DNA of 64,000 bases, taken from assembly GCA_032718475.1 (NCBI GenBank), contig JAUCBJ010002853.1, positions 60,724 to 124,723 on the forward strand, given 5' to 3'. Position numbers and translations under genes: made by a program. The notes under the pieces were generated by a model, which saw nothing but the letters and a program-made list of their open reading frames with translations, ran no database searches and was not told where the DNA came from. Shown here piece by piece: positions 21,720 through 32,393 of the stretch (the stretch's first letter is position 1; every line of letters begins with the position of its first letter). This stretch comes from Nemertoderma westbladi. Taxonomy: Eukaryota > Animalia > Xenacoelomorpha.

Positions 21720-24700
21720 CTATTGAGACACTTTAACCAGACGAAAGCCGATATGAGGAGAGTGTGACCCTTTAGACTGAATATATCTAAAATGCTTCTT
21801 TAAACCTTGTGGATGACTATACCAAGACCCACCTTTGGCTATATAGTAGTTACTATCGTTACATTCATATGTTTGATCTTCAGAAGAATAATTTTTACAA
21901 ACCATCTCCCAAGCATTACCAAATATATCATAAATACCATAGCGATTTGGTAAATAAGAGCCAACTGGGGCAGTTACAAAATGCTTATCGTCACAAGCAA
22001 AACTCACCCATTTAGGCGTTCTTTTTTTAATGGAGGCATCTGCAACATTGCCAATTTGACAAATAATGTCTGGATTTTGATACCAAGGTAACTGTTCTTC
22101 TCTTTGAAGACCAGCTAAAGCAGTATATTCCCATTCGGACTCTGTCGGTAGCCTATAAATGGAGCCATCTGTTGAGTTATCAGAAAGCCAATCAGCATAT
22201 GCCTGCGCTTGTTCAAAGGTTACATTAACAACTGGTTGATTATCCTTATCTAGTGAAATATTCAAAAAAGAACCACTATTATGCTCTGGGTTAAATCGCT
22301 TAAATTCATCATTTCTTACTTCATGCATTGAAATGTAAAAAGGCGATAAACAGCCTAATAAACCAACAGAACACCCTGTTTCTATTTTGATAAAATCATC
22401 ACTATTTTTAATTATCTGATCCAAATTTTCTGGTTTAACAAACCAAGACAATTGATCAATATCATTTAGCTGTTTTTCATTTTCTAACACAACAATTGCA
22501 TCACTGATTTCTTTATCAAAAGGAAGATTAGTCTTATGAGTATTATTTGCGCCCTCTGTATTCTGATGACTTAAATCAGGAATAATGGGTTCACTTTTAA
22601 CTTCTGGTAAAAAAAACTGCGTTGATTCAGAATCTTCTAGTGTATTTTGATCCAAAAATTTAGTGCTCATTTCAGGTAAAGCGTAGTCTTCATTTTTAAT
22701 AATGAACTTTGATATATCATCCGTAATACTTTTTTGAACTGTTTTCGCCTTAGAAAAATTTTCTAGTAATACAATTTGATTATTAATTTTGTCTAGTAAT
22801 GAATGATACAAACGACCCATACTAGATTTTCTAGATTGGTAAAGAGACTCAATATTTCTGAAAAATTCCTGATGTCGATCAAAATCAGATTTTAATGTCT
22901 CACCAAATTTATCATAAAAGCTTGATAATTTATTAAACTCAAGTATCTCTTGGTTTTTAAGCTGAACAAGTCGCCTATCTATACCTTGTTTTTCTAATAC
23001 TAATTTTCTAATCTTTTGCCTATAATCCTTATTGATTGAATGGATACGCATCTTATGCTTAACTAATACTTGATTTTTCTTAACATCCAACTTACTGAGG
23101 AATGAGTTAATCTTGAAAATAAAATTATTTCTGTCAGACTCCAATTTCCTAATTTTGTCTGCCCTTTTCTTCTTTAATGTAGACTCTTGTGTATGATAAG
23201 TTAAATCAATTTGAGAAAGTTCTCTTTTTGTTTGATTAACTTCAAAATTTAACTGATTTAATTTCTTCTCATGAGCACTAGAATCAACAACCGGAAAACT
23301 ATTTTGAACAGATAAAATCTTTTGATTGGTATCTGTATTTAATCTTTCCTTAGCTTCTTCTATTTTAGATATTTCTATATCAAACTCTCTAACTTTTTGT
23401 AAATAAGCCGTATTTAAATCATTAATTTTACTTTGCTTATCTTTTTGGAGTTTTTTAATCCTATTCATAATCAACTGCTTATCAGCATTATATTTTTTAT
23501 AAAAAGAATCTCGCTCAACATCAAGCTGAGCAAGTTTTTCCTCAACAGAATTTGCTATGTTTTTTTGAATAGAATGAATATTGCCAGACTGCTGAATTGA
23601 TTGATTAACTTTATCTTTCAAAGCATATAAATTGCTTTGCAATTTGTTATCAAAATCCCCCATTGACTCAATTTCTGTTTGGCTAATAATTTTAAGTTGA
23701 TTTTGTGCATCTAAAAAATCGTTTAATTTTTTTCTTGAAGACTCAAGTACACGTTTAAAATTAGCCTTTCTATTTTGATATGAGTTATCAAAATCAATGT
23801 ACTTTCTTTCTAATAATGACATTTCAGATTTTAAACCACTAATCTGTAAATTAAAATTATCTTTTATTTCTTCAATTGATTGATTAAAATCAACTTCATA
23901 TTGCTTGGATGATTGCTTACTAGAAGCTATTGAATCATTATATTGAAGCAATTGATTTTGTCTAAATTGATTTAGAGTATTAATATTATTAGAATTTTTT
24001 TTGCTTTCTTCATTAATTTTTTTATTAAGCCCTAATATTTCCTGCTCTTTATTGTTAACTAGTTTTTCTTTTTGTAACTTAATCCCATTAAGCTCCTTGT
24101 TTATAACACTATAAGCACTTTGATATTCACTATCGACTTGATCTAAAGATGACTGATGAGAAAAATCATAATTTTTCCTTTTAAATTTCCAATCATCAGT
24201 CTCAGATTCTAAATTCTGAATAAAAGCATCATAGCTAAACTGAGTTTTTTCAAGCTCAGATTTCATTTGAAATTCCAGTGATTCAATCTGATTTTCTATC
24301 TTTTGCTTCTGATTTTCAAGATCAACTTTTTTACTCAAAGATTCAGAAGAAACAAAAAACTCACCATCTTTTTTTCTTAATGAAAACTCCTCCAAAGCAA
24401 TTTTTAGAATTGATAATCTTTCTTCAAGTTTCGACTTGGTATCAAGGTAAATTTTCTCATGCTCTTTGTCATAATTCTCTTTAGCAAGCATAAGATTTTC
24501 TTTTTGGGATATCAATAAACTGACTTTTTCTTTAATAAGATCCGTTAAGTTTAAAGAACCCGCAATCAACTCTTCTATCTTTTTCTCATGTAATTGATTC
24601 TGAAGTGATAATTCGTTGATCCTTTTCAAATTAACTGATCTAGCTTTAGATAATTGATTATATTTTTTTACCAAAGCATTATGTATTGATTTAGAATCTG

Positions 24701-25607
24701 ATAATTCTGACAGTAAATTTCTTAACTTTGATTTATAGTCAGATATTTCTTGAAGATACTTAGCATTACCTTGCTTAAGTGACTCAACATCTTTTCTATA
24801 TAGGTAAATAGACTTCTTAAGACCTTGTACTTGATTTTTCTGTTTTTCTTTTGCTTGAGCTAGTGACTGAGTTAGTTCTTGAACTTTTTGTTTTTGGGTG
24901 GCAAGATCATTATCTTGCAATTTAATTTCTAACTCATAGTCAGTCAATTCTGACTCATAGTCAGTCAACAATTTTTTGTATTGCTCTTTTTGTACCTCTT
25001 GATTTTTCTGTTTTTCTTTTGCTTGAGCTAGTGACTGGGTTAGTTCTTGAACTTTTTGTTTTTGGGTGGCAAGATCATTATCTTGCAATTTAATTTCTAA
25101 CTCATAGTCAGTCAATTCTGACTCATAGTCAGTCAACAATTTTTTGTATTGCTCTTTTTGTACCTCTTGATTTTTCTGTTTTTCTTTTGCTTGAGCTAGT
25201 GACTGGGTTAGTTCTTGAACTTTTTGTTTTTGGGCTTCGAGATCACGAGCCTTTTTCTCTAGCTGATCTAAAACTGAGCGATTTTCAAATGACTGATCTT
25301 GTATTAATTGATCTTGTGATTGTATTTTTTCCTGATATTTTGCAATTCTTGCATCATAGTCTTTGACTAAAAGAACTATTCGATTATTATCATTAGTAAC
25401 AGACTGTGTATCTTTTTGAGAAGTGTTATTTTGAAATCGAAAATTATTAACAACAGGCTGACTGATATTTTGACTAGACGGACTATCAAAGCCAAATAGA
25501 TCATCATTAGTTAGAGACGATCCCTCTCCCCAAACAGCAGATGCAGCATTTAAGCTAAAATTTGAAATGCAAAACAGAAAATAGACTAAAAATTGTATCC
25601 TAAACAT
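21720..25607 (-). CDS. Exported long coiled-coil protein with C-terminal FGE-sulfatase (SUMF1-like) domain
   Basis: Signal peptide, about 900 aa heptad-rich region, then QPVVNVTF, YRLPTESEWEY, PNRYGIYDIFGNAWE, KGGSW, GFRLV. Confidence 0.85.
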   Translation of the reverse strand: MFRIQFLVYFLFCISNFSLNAASAVWGEGSSLTNDDLFGFDSPSSQNISQPVVNNFRFQNNTSQKDTQSVTNDNNRIVLLVKDYDARIAKYQEKIQSQDQLIQDQSFENRSVLDQLEKKARDLEAQKQKVQELTQSLAQAKEKQKNQEVQKEQYKKLLTDYESELTDYELEIKLQDNDLATQKQKVQELTQSLAQAKEKQKNQEVQKEQYKKLLTDYESELTDYELEIKLQDNDLATQKQKVQELTQSLAQAKEKQKNQVQGLKKSIYLYRKDVESLKQGNAKYLQEISDYKSKLRNLLSELSDSKSIHNALVKKYNQLSKARSVNLKRINELSLQNQLHEKKIEELIAGSLNLTDLIKEKVSLLISQKENLMLAKENYDKEHEKIYLDTKSKLEERLSILKIALEEFSLRKKDGEFFVSSESLSKKVDLENQKQKIENQIESLEFQMKSELEKTQFSYDAFIQNLESETDDWKFKRKNYDFSHQSSLDQVDSEYQSAYSVINKELNGIKLQKEKLVNNKEQEILGLNKKINEESKKNSNNINTLNQFRQNQLLQYNDSIASSKQSSKQYEVDFNQSIEEIKDNFNLQISGLKSEMSLLERKYIDFDNSYQNRKANFKRVLESSRKKLNDFLDAQNQLKIISQTEIESMGDFDNKLQSNLYALKDKVNQSIQQSGNIHSIQKNIANSVEEKLAQLDVERDSFYKKYNADKQLIMNRIKKLQKDKQSKINDLNTAYLQKVREFDIEISKIEEAKERLNTDTNQKILSVQNSFPVVDSSAHEKKLNQLNFEVNQTKRELSQIDLTYHTQESTLKKKRADKIRKLESDRNNFIFKINSFLSKLDVKKNQVLVKHKMRIHSINKDYRQKIRKLVLEKQGIDRRLVQLKNQEILEFNKLSSFYDKFGETLKSDFDRHQEFFRNIESLYQSRKSSMGRLYHSLLDKINNQIVLLENFSKAKTVQKSITDDISKFIIKNEDYALPEMSTKFLDQNTLEDSESTQFFLPEVKSEPIIPDLSHQNTEGANNTHKTNLPFDKEISDAIVVLENEKQLNDIDQLSWFVKPENLDQIIKNSDDFIKIETGCSVGLLGCLSPFYISMHEVRNDEFKRFNPEHNSGSFLNISLDKDNQPVVNVTFEQAQAYADWLSDNSTDGSIYRLPTESEWEYTALAGLQREEQLPWYQNPDIICQIGNVADASIKKRTPKWVSFACDDKHFVTAPVGSYLPNRYGIYDIFGNAWEMVCKNYSSEDQTYECNDSNYYIAKGGSWYSHPQGLKKHFRYIQSKGSHSPHIGFRLVKVSQ
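24830..25234. repeat. 168-bp tandem repeat, about 2.4 copies (56 aa = 8 heptads)
   Basis: gttagttcttgaac recurs at 24871, 25039 and 25207; near-identical copies. Confidence 0.95.
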
Positions 25608-25612
25608 TGCTT

Positions 25613-27100
25613 CTATGGTTGTTTTAAAAATCGTTTTTTCTCTAAAAGACTTTGATCAATCTTGATCATACTTTTCTCAAGTGCTCCATACAAATCAGTT
25701 CGATCAGGATTAATCAGCCTAGCGTTATTAATAAAATCTGTATTTTCATTACCAATTAAAGTACTTTGATCATAAAATACAGGAAAATCTGACTCACTTA
25801 CTATCTCAACCTTAAATTTATATTTCCCATAATTTGCATACAAACGCTCCATTCTTAGTTTGCTACTTTCAATACTAAATTTAATAATTGGTTTTAAATT
25901 TTCTATTGAATTAGTAACTCTTTGAGCAATATAAGGAGGCGAATAAATAACAACTGGCTCATTAAGGTTACTTTTTGTAGAACCTAAGTAACCAAAAAAT
26001 ACACCTGAATCAATATCATATTTCATATTCATAAAAATAGGAGAGCCTAGAACTTCTGCAATAGATTCCGTTAAATATTGATCACGCAAACGATTCATTG
26101 ATTCTATTTGCTGCTGCCTTTCGGACGTAACTTGTAAGTTGTAATACCGAACCTTTTTATTATACTTGTCTACCTCGTAACGATATTGCTGAACTAGCTC
26201 TTTAACAACAGAATCATAGGCTTTTTTTCCTTCAAAAACTCGCTGATTAAACTTCTCTATTGATTCAAAACGATCTCTTTTATAGATAACAGGTTTAGGA
26301 AATACTAGCTTAGTAGGCGACTGAAGAGAAAATGGCTTAATTTTAGAATTAAATTGATACCAGTTCAATAATTTTTGATTAACCTTCGCAACAACTTTAG
26401 AAAATGGAGAAATAAAATCTCCATATAAAGAAAGCGCCATTTTATGTGCAGGAAAGTTGGTTAAAAATTTCTCAAGAAACAACTTAGCAGCTTTAAGTTG
26501 TTTTGAGTTATAAAGCCATTTAGCATAATAAAAGCCTACAGGACTTTTAGCTAAGCAATCTTTATCTGTCTGACTAAGTTGATTAAGATCAGAACCATAA
26601 ACATCCACTGTATCACAGTAAGTTACCTTAACCTCAGCTGCTGAAGCTGGGGTTAGAGAGTCTGACTGATCAACAACACTTTGCTGATTAATTATTGAGC
26701 CAATTGTGTCGTCTGGTGCATTCAATGCTGGGTTACTTTCTACTGATCGAATAGCTGGTTTGTCAAAAACAATCGGTACTTCAAGCTTAATATTCTCAAG
26801 TTCTTTCGGCTCAACACTAGTTTGAGATTCTTCAACGACGGGTGATTGACCCTGAACTTCAAGCGAAATTTCATTGTCTTGGGAATTTTCAACCGAAACG
26901 ACTGATTGTAAATTTGAAAGCCTATTTAGCCTGATTTGCTCATGTAAGGGAATGGAAGGATTGGTGGTTTTATTATCCTGATATCTAGAATCAATAGCCT
27001 GATCATCGCTAGGTGAACTTGAGGTATTTATTAAAGAGTCAATTTCCTGACAAGCGTTCAGAAAAAACAGAGTAAAAAGACAAAAAATAGTTTTTTTCAT
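25613..27100 (-). CDS. Hypothetical lipoprotein
   Basis: MKKTIFCLFTLFFLNAC lipobox; 495 aa; a TPR-like helix pair; ends 5 bp before the FGE-domain gene. Confidence 0.75.
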   Translation of the reverse strand: MKKTIFCLFTLFFLNACQEIDSLINTSSSPSDDQAIDSRYQDNKTTNPSIPLHEQIRLNRLSNLQSVVSVENSQDNEISLEVQGQSPVVEESQTSVEPKELENIKLEVPIVFDKPAIRSVESNPALNAPDDTIGSIINQQSVVDQSDSLTPASAAEVKVTYCDTVDVYGSDLNQLSQTDKDCLAKSPVGFYYAKWLYNSKQLKAAKLFLEKFLTNFPAHKMALSLYGDFISPFSKVVAKVNQKLLNWYQFNSKIKPFSLQSPTKLVFPKPVIYKRDRFESIEKFNQRVFEGKKAYDSVVKELVQQYRYEVDKYNKKVRYYNLQVTSERQQQIESMNRLRDQYLTESIAEVLGSPIFMNMKYDIDSGVFFGYLGSTKSNLNEPVVIYSPPYIAQRVTNSIENLKPIIKFSIESSKLRMERLYANYGKYKFKVEIVSESDFPVFYDQSTLIGNENTDFINNARLINPDRTDLYGALEKSMIKIDQSLLEKKRFLKQP

Positions 27101-27165
27101 TACTTTCTTATTTCAAATTGATAATACTGAGAGATGACAATGAACTTTAACATACTTTGAAATCC

Positions 27166-28050
27166 TTAAAGATGCATATTTCTTGACAGAATGTAATCTA
27201 TTTTTTTGTTATCTTCACATAGCAGAACATAATCATAACCCAGCCCTCTACATTCTAAAAATAGCTCATTCACATCAGAGTGAATTTTAATTATACCTTG
27301 CATATTTAAATCATCTGTAAACAACATTCCACAATAGCCTAACTTCTTTTTAAGCGTTTGATAAACCCAATAATTAGATAAGGTTGCAATAGTCGAGTCA
27401 AGCTCAGAATATATCACATGCGCCATCATAATACCATCCAATCTTTTATATTTAATCAAGTGCTCAAAAGGCGCAACACCTGTGTCAATTTCATGCTTAC
27501 TGCAACAATCTGTGGCAGTATCGGTGTGTGTGTCAGATGAAGTGCCGCCATGGCCGGGAAAATGCTTGCCAACTACCTTGACGCCACTCGCATGAACACC
27601 ACCGATCAAGCACTCAGCTAAAACAGCTACAATCGTTGGATCACTATGAAATGAACGATCGCCAATCACTTCACTTACTTGATAATCAACATCCAAAACC
27701 GGGGCAAAGGTTAAATCAATCCCTAAAAGGGATAACTCTTTGCCAATGATATGGCCATAAAGTTGTGCTTTTTCTTTTGCATATTCAGGGCATTGATCAT
27801 ACAAATGCCCCAGCGATCGCATCGGTGGAATGTGAGGAAACATGTCAACAGGCAGTCGCTCAACTCTCCCTCCTTCCCAATCAATCGCTACCAAAGCATC
27901 TGGCCTTTTTTGATGAACAGCTTCAACGAGCTGGCGAATTTGTATGGGGGACTGACAATTTCTTTTAAACAGAACCACCCCGCCAAATAAGGGGTGCTCT
28001 AGCCATCCAGATTCCTGAGTATTAAGCGTTAAACCTTCAACGCCGACCAT
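27166..28050 (-). CDS. nagZ: Beta-N-acetylglucosaminidase (GH3)
   Basis: IDWEGGRV, FAPVLD, KHFPGHG..DTH, TDDLNM. Confidence 0.93.
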   Translation of the reverse strand: MVGVEGLTLNTQESGWLEHPLFGGVVLFKRNCQSPIQIRQLVEAVHQKRPDALVAIDWEGGRVERLPVDMFPHIPPMRSLGHLYDQCPEYAKEKAQLYGHIIGKELSLLGIDLTFAPVLDVDYQVSEVIGDRSFHSDPTIVAVLAECLIGGVHASGVKVVGKHFPGHGGTSSDTHTDTATDCCSKHEIDTGVAPFEHLIKYKRLDGIMMAHVIYSELDSTIATLSNYWVYQTLKKKLGYCGMLFTDDLNMQGIIKIHSDVNELFLECRGLGYDYVLLCEDNKKIDYILSRNMHL

Positions 28051-29363
28051 TAATTTTGTAATTTTTGTATCCTCGCTCGCATCAAATAAATTAAAAAAAG
28101 CGCAGGTAAACCTGCCAAGGTTGTGAGTATAAAAAAATTAATGTACCCCAAAGCGGTGATGATAAAACCAGCACCCCCCCCCAACAACTGCGGCACCACA
28201 GTAATTACTGATGAAAACACTGCATATTGGGTGGCTGAATAATTTCGGTTAACCAAGCTAGATAAAAATGCAATGGATACCAAATTGGCAATACCCCCAC
28301 TTAAATTATCCAAACTAATAACCATAATCAAAACGTTTGTATCATTACCCACCTGCGCCAACCAAACAAATAATAAATTGGTCACAGCGGATAAAAAAGC
28401 GCTTAAAAATAGCACTCGATAAATCCCTAAAAACTTAACCAACATGCCCCCCAATATACCCCCACCAATCAAGGTAACCAATAGGCCGTACGTTTTGCTG
28501 TAATTGGCGATTTGATCCAGCGTGAACCCCATGTCACGATAAAAAACGCTGCTCAATATTCCCAGCAACACATCTGATAAGCGCAGCGTCATTGCCAGCA
28601 GTAATAAACCAATAGCATACACGCCATAGCGCTTAAAAAAATCAACAATGGGGTCTATAAATAAATGGATTAAGAATCCATCTTCTGGTTCTAATTTAGA
28701 TCGACTAGTAATCCGACTATTTTCTTTGATAGATAACGTCGCCAACACCCCAATACTCATCAACGCTGCCATTACCCAATAGCCCCATTGCCAAGGTTGG
28801 TTTATATCAGAACTGCCCCCTTGCCAGTGGTACACTAATTTCAATAACAAGGCAGATGCCAACAACATCCCAATGCGATATCCCACAATATAAACCGAGG
28901 CCATCGCACCTTGGCCATGATTATCAACCGCCTCAATGCGCCACGCATCCACACAAATATCTTGCGTGGCTGCAAAAAAAGCCAACAGCACCGCGAGCAA
29001 GGCAACCTCATACAACCCTTGGGCAGGGTTAACCCACCCCATGGCCAGCAAAACACACACAATCGCCAGTTGAGTAAACAGCAACCACCCCTTTCGCAAG
29101 CCCAAGTATTGACCAAAAAAAGGAAAATAAAAGCGATCCAACAGCGGTGCCCACAAAAATTTGAACGAAAAACAAAGCTTGGCCAAGCTAAACAAACCTA
29201 TCACTTTTAAACTAAGCCCCAAGTCTCGCAGCCAAAGCGATAAACTACTAAAAATTAATAAAATCGGTAAGCCTGATGAAATGCCCAATAAAAACATTCG
29301 ACCTACATCCACCTTCCAATAAACTGAAAGTGATGCTAAAAAACGATAAAAATTATTTCGCAT
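28050..29363 (-). CDS. ampG: Muropeptide MFS permease
   Basis: LLGISSGLP, KFLWAPLLDR, ATQDICVDAWRIE, SATQYA. Confidence 0.93.
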   Translation of the reverse strand: MRNNFYRFLASLSVYWKVDVGRMFLLGISSGLPILLIFSSLSLWLRDLGLSLKVIGLFSLAKLCFSFKFLWAPLLDRFYFPFFGQYLGLRKGWLLFTQLAIVCVLLAMGWVNPAQGLYEVALLAVLLAFFAATQDICVDAWRIEAVDNHGQGAMASVYIVGYRIGMLLASALLLKLVYHWQGGSSDINQPWQWGYWVMAALMSIGVLATLSIKENSRITSRSKLEPEDGFLIHLFIDPIVDFFKRYGVYAIGLLLLAMTLRLSDVLLGILSSVFYRDMGFTLDQIANYSKTYGLLVTLIGGGILGGMLVKFLGIYRVLFLSAFLSAVTNLLFVWLAQVGNDTNVLIMVISLDNLSGGIANLVSIAFLSSLVNRNYSATQYAVFSSVITVVPQLLGGGAGFIITALGYINFFILTTLAGLPALFLIYLMRARIQKLQN

Positions 29364-29371
29364 AAAATCCT

Positions 29372-29845
29372 TTAAACAATCAGCACTTGTGTGCCCAACT
29401 CAACCTGACCAAACAAAACTAGTATATCCTCATTTTTTAGCCGTATACAGCCATGTGAGGCTGGCTGACCAATTAAATCCTCTTGGGCTGTGCCGTGCAA
29501 ATAAATATAACGAGATAAGGTATCCACACTGCCCCCACGATTCACCCCAACCTCCAAACCTGAAAGCCACAAAATTCGGGTTAGTATCCAATCCTTTTTT
29601 GGGTCATCTATGCCTAGTTGAAAAATTTTACCTGTGAATCGTCGCCCTTTTAAAATAGCGTACATCGGTAAGCCGCAGCCAAGTCTCCCACGAATCATAT
29701 GCCGCCCTCTGGGTGTTTGGTTAGAATCTATCTGCTCACCTAGGCCTTTTTTGGCGGTGCTAACAGGCGCTTCGAAAACCAAACGCCCCAAGCAAAAACC
29801 GTGTAATCGCTGGGTTTGGTGGTCTATTTTGATAAAATCAATCAT
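29372..29845 (-). CDS. L,D-transpeptidase (YkuD family)
   Basis: IYLHGT...SHGCIRL catalytic motif. Confidence 0.9.
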   Translation of the reverse strand: MIDFIKIDHQTQRLHGFCLGRLVFEAPVSTAKKGLGEQIDSNQTPRGRHMIRGRLGCGLPMYAILKGRRFTGKIFQLGIDDPKKDWILTRILWLSGLEVGVNRGGSVDTLSRYIYLHGTAQEDLIGQPASHGCIRLKNEDILVLFGQVELGTQVLIV

Positions 29846-31161
29846 TTTACTTTTACAAGTAGTGCCATTACTTCAACATGTTTGGTGTGTGGAAACATAT
29901 CTAGCACCCCAATTTTTTCCAATCGAAACTTAGTGGCACACTGGATTTTCAAATAAACAATATCATCAATCAATGTTTTAAAGTTGCATGAGACATAAAC
30001 AATTCGCTCCACAGTCGATAAACCCAGCGATTTTAATGCAAAGCTTGCTCCGCTTCGGGGTGGATCGAGTAATAATTTATTAAATGACACTGGGCTTAAC
30101 AAAGCGCTGAGCTTATTTAAATCAGCGGTTAAAAATCCACATTATCTAAGCCATTTTGCTTGGCATTTTTAAGGCCGTACTCAACTAAGCTAGGGTCACA
30201 ACACATTTGAGGCATAACCCGCAATGGGTAGGGAAAAATTACCCAGCCCTGAAAATAAATCTAACACAACATCTTTGGTTGCTAAATCCAGCCAATCAAT
30301 GGCTTGACTCACCATTTTTTGGTTCACATCACTATTAATTTGAATAAAATGATGCGGCCTAAAATCAATACGAACATCATGTTTTGGGTGTCGATAAAAC
30401 AAGGGTTGAACCGTTTTAGGATTTAAGGGATGAATACCATCCTCAGCCTTGGTTTGCAAATAAATCGTGCAGGAAAGCTGTTGTTCAAGATCAGATAAAA
30501 TTGACCTATCATGCGCGCTAAGTAGTTGTAGGTGACGAACCGCCAAGGCCATTGAATCATCCCCCACAGCCAGCTCAATTTGGGGAATTTGGCTGCGCGA
30601 TTCCATTTGGACTAAATGGCTTGATAGTTGATCAAAAACGTCACCAATACGTTTGGGCAAAATATCACAGCGCCTTGCATCCGTTACAAATCGTGAAAAA
30701 CGCTCCCGAAACCCAACCAAAACCTTCGCCTTTTTTTCTACATACCGAACACTCAAACGAGCCTTTTGCCTGTATTCCCATGGGTTTGAGGTAATCGGTG
30801 CCTGCCAAGGCAAGTTATTCTCACCCCCAAGCGCCTTTTTTAGCCGCCTATCTACCAATGATTGTTTGATCACAATTTGGTTTTCAAAGCGCACATGTTG
30901 CAGCTGACAACCATTGCATACCTGATACGACTCACAACGCGACACAACCCGATCAGCTGAGGGCTTTATCATCCCAACTGGCAATACAGGCTTGGATAAA
31001 CGCCGTTTAAAATAGCTAGGCTTAAGCTGCACCTGCACCTTTTCACCCTATAAAACATAGGGTATTTCAAGCAATTGGCCAGAATGTAGGCGAGCACTGC
31101 CCACAAACTGATCATTAAGGGAATCAATTTTTACATCAATTAGTGTGTCAGGATTATTCAT
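29842..31161 (-). pseudogene. rlmD: 23S rRNA (uracil-5)-methyltransferase RlmD, disrupted
   Basis: ATG at 31161, CNGCQLQH, YRQKARL, LDLFSGLGNFSLP, LDPPRSG, YVSCN, DMFPHTKHVE; frame breaks near 31050, 30196 (apparent small deletion) and 30130. Confidence 0.85.
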
Positions 31162-32080
31162 CAAACAGGCTGTCTATCGTTGTTTTTGAAACTATCTGCT
31201 TTGCATATTGCGATAAATAACGATCCCCCCGATCACAACCGATCAACACAATCACCGCATCGGTCAGCTGCTTGCTCATTTCACAGGCCACAAACAAGGC
31301 ACCCCCTGTTGAAATACCGCAAGAGATGCCCTCTTTTTTGGCTAAATACATTGACATTTGTTCTGCTTGTACTTGCTCTACATCCACAATCTTATCCACT
31401 TGGCTTGGTTGATAAATTTTAGGCAGATAGGCCTTGGACCAACGCCGAATACCCGGTATTTGTGATCCTTCACTGGGTTGTATCCCAATAATTTGAATAT
31501 TTTGGTTTTTTTCTTTCAAAAAGCGAGATACCCCCATAATGGTCCCGGTGGTGCCCATAGCACTAACAAAATGTGTGATTTTTCCATTTGTTTGAGACCA
31601 AATTTCTGGCCCCGTCGACAAATAATGCGCCATAGGATTATCTGGATTAGAAAACTGATTCAACAATTTCGCCCCATGAGTTTGGCTAATTTTAATCGCT
31701 AAATCGCGCGCGCCTTCCATGCCCTCATCTTTAGAAACGGTGACAATCTTTGCCCCATAGCTTGACATCAAGGCAAAGCGCTCTTGGCTAGCATTCTCTG
31801 GCATAACCAAAATCATTTCATAGCCTTTAATGGCTGCGACCATGGCCAGCGCAATACCTGTATTGCCACTGGTTGCCTCCACCAAGCGATCCCCTTTTTG
31901 AATCGTGCCTCGTCGGATGGCTTGATCAATCATATGAAAAACGGGGCGATCCTTCACAGAACCAGCGGGGTTATTGCCTTCTAGCTTAATGTGTATTGAA
32001 TTGGAAGCATTTGGATTTAGACGCTGTAAATAAACAAGCGGGGTATTACCAATTGCCTGATTAATTGTTGAACCATTCAT
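31154..32080 (-). CDS. cysM: Cysteine synthase B
   Basis: IGNTPLV, KLEGNNPAGSVKDR, SAMGTTGT, CDRGDRYLS. Confidence 0.95.
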   Translation of the reverse strand: MNGSTINQAIGNTPLVYLQRLNPNASNSIHIKLEGNNPAGSVKDRPVFHMIDQAIRRGTIQKGDRLVEATSGNTGIALAMVAAIKGYEMILVMPENASQERFALMSSYGAKIVTVSKDEGMEGARDLAIKISQTHGAKLLNQFSNPDNPMAHYLSTGPEIWSQTNGKITHFVSAMGTTGTIMGVSRFLKEKNQNIQIIGIQPSEGSQIPGIRRWSKAYLPKIYQPSQVDKIVDVEQVQAEQMSMYLAKKEGISCGISTGGALFVACEMSKQLTDAVIVLIGCDRGDRYLSQYAKQIVSKTTIDSLFDE

Positions 32081-32393
32081 TAACATCTGTTGATCAATAA
32101 TTTACTTATCGTTTTTTTTTCACTAAAATGAGAGGGTTTATACGACAAATGTACTATCAAGGTAATGGGTCTAATAAAATTTATTGCCAAATGAAACAAT
32201 AGCATGACAGCGATCCGCTTACTAATACTGCACAAATTAAAAGTACCTAAAACAATGCCAAAGAGCACAGTTTTTTATTTCATAAGAAATCTGTTTTCGT
32301 ATTTTCTACAGGCAATTAATTCAACAAAACAGATGCACCGATGCACACACAACTTATGCTCGCTTATCTGTATAAATAAAGGAGTACCTACAC

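Noticed and set aside
21720-21900. FGE-sulfatase C-terminus as a diversity-generating retroelement target
   Set aside because: No reverse transcriptase or template repeat seen in the window
24830-25234. CRISPR-like array
   Set aside because: Contiguous in-frame tandem repeat with no spacers and no cas genes
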